This document shows, in pieces, positions 63,702 through 64,000 of a stretch of 64,000 nt of DNA. The stretch spans positions 384,001-448,000 of the forward strand of contig CBDCCS010000018.1 of the NCBI GenBank assembly GCA_965214935.1. The letters run 5' to 3'. The notes below the pieces were generated by a model. That model was not told the origin of the DNA and searched no databases. It saw nothing but the letters and a program-made list of their open reading frames with translations. Numbering within the stretch: position 1 is the first letter of the stretch; each line of letters starts with the position of its first letter. The DNA comes from Candidatus Velthaea sp. Lineage in GTDB: Bacteria; Vulcanimicrobiota; Vulcanimicrobiia; Vulcanimicrobiales; Vulcanimicrobiaceae. The translations under genes were made by a program, and so were the position numbers.

Positions 63702-64000
63702 CCGAACGCGCGACCGCCGACATTGCGCCTGCGGCGCTCGAACGCGAGCAGATCGAACTGCTGCAACTGCTCTACCTGTGCCCCGTAGCGATCGCGCGCC
63801 TCAATGCCGTCGGAAAGATTCTGCTGATGAATCCGTACGGTGCCCAGCTGCTTATGCCCGTCGCGCAGAACGGCGCGTTGCATAATCTCTTCGATCTGCT
63901 CGAACCGCTGGCACCCGAAGTCGCCGAAATGGCGCGGCGCTTCGAGGGCCGCGCGGGCAAAGTTTGCGACGAACATCGGGTCACGTTTCCGGGCCGAACG
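63692..64000 (+). CDS. PAS-like signalling protein (3'-partial)
   Basis: MDVAERAT...LLQLLYLCPVAIARLNAVGKILLMNP; overlaps the pyp stop; open to the window edge; not in the ORF track. Confidence 0.7.
   Translation, partial: MDVAERATADIAPAALEREQIELLQLLYLCPVAIARLNAVGKILLMNPYGAQLLMPVAQNGALHNLFDLLEPLAPEVAEMARRFEGRAGKVCDEHRVTFPGRT

Overview
A GC-rich, gene-dense bacterial chromosomal segment. Gene style and Pro/Ser-rich secreted proteins suggest a soil organism such as Ca. Eremiobacterota/Vulcanimicrobiota, but this is inference only. I found no rRNA, tRNA, CRISPR array or intact mobile element. Left end: the 3' part of a divergent flhA/sctV, a fliO-like gene and two Gly-rich, Cys/Arg-free, signal-peptide-less ORFs. 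One of these carries a GDPH (MIIA/DUF1521-like) motif, and both are preceded by the same 30-nt upstream motif, so this may be a type III export module with its own regulon. Middle: housekeeping and stress genes (ROK kinase, M20 amidohydrolase, MGDG-synthase-like GT plus desaturase, two dienelactone hydrolases, egtD, a betaine-type ABC transporter, ppk1, a multi-PAS hybrid kinase, grxD-bolA, metY, rnd, acnA). Right: a large alpha-glucan cluster (amylase-GlgE fusion, maltokinase, glgB, malQ, glgX, GH63, GH133), TPP riboswitch-thiC, and a photoactive-yellow-protein homolog coupled to a PAS-like ORF. Most notable elements not in the ORF track: (1) a promoter-to-terminator unit at about 32.7-33.0 kb encoding two SD-led micro-ORFs that share M(T/S)PQDPP; (2) a Met/Cys leader-peptide attenuator upstream of metY; (3) the shared motif upstream of the two candidate secreted proteins; (4) a TPP riboswitch with an extra hairpin; (5) a sigma28-type promoter upstream of an orphan small gene.
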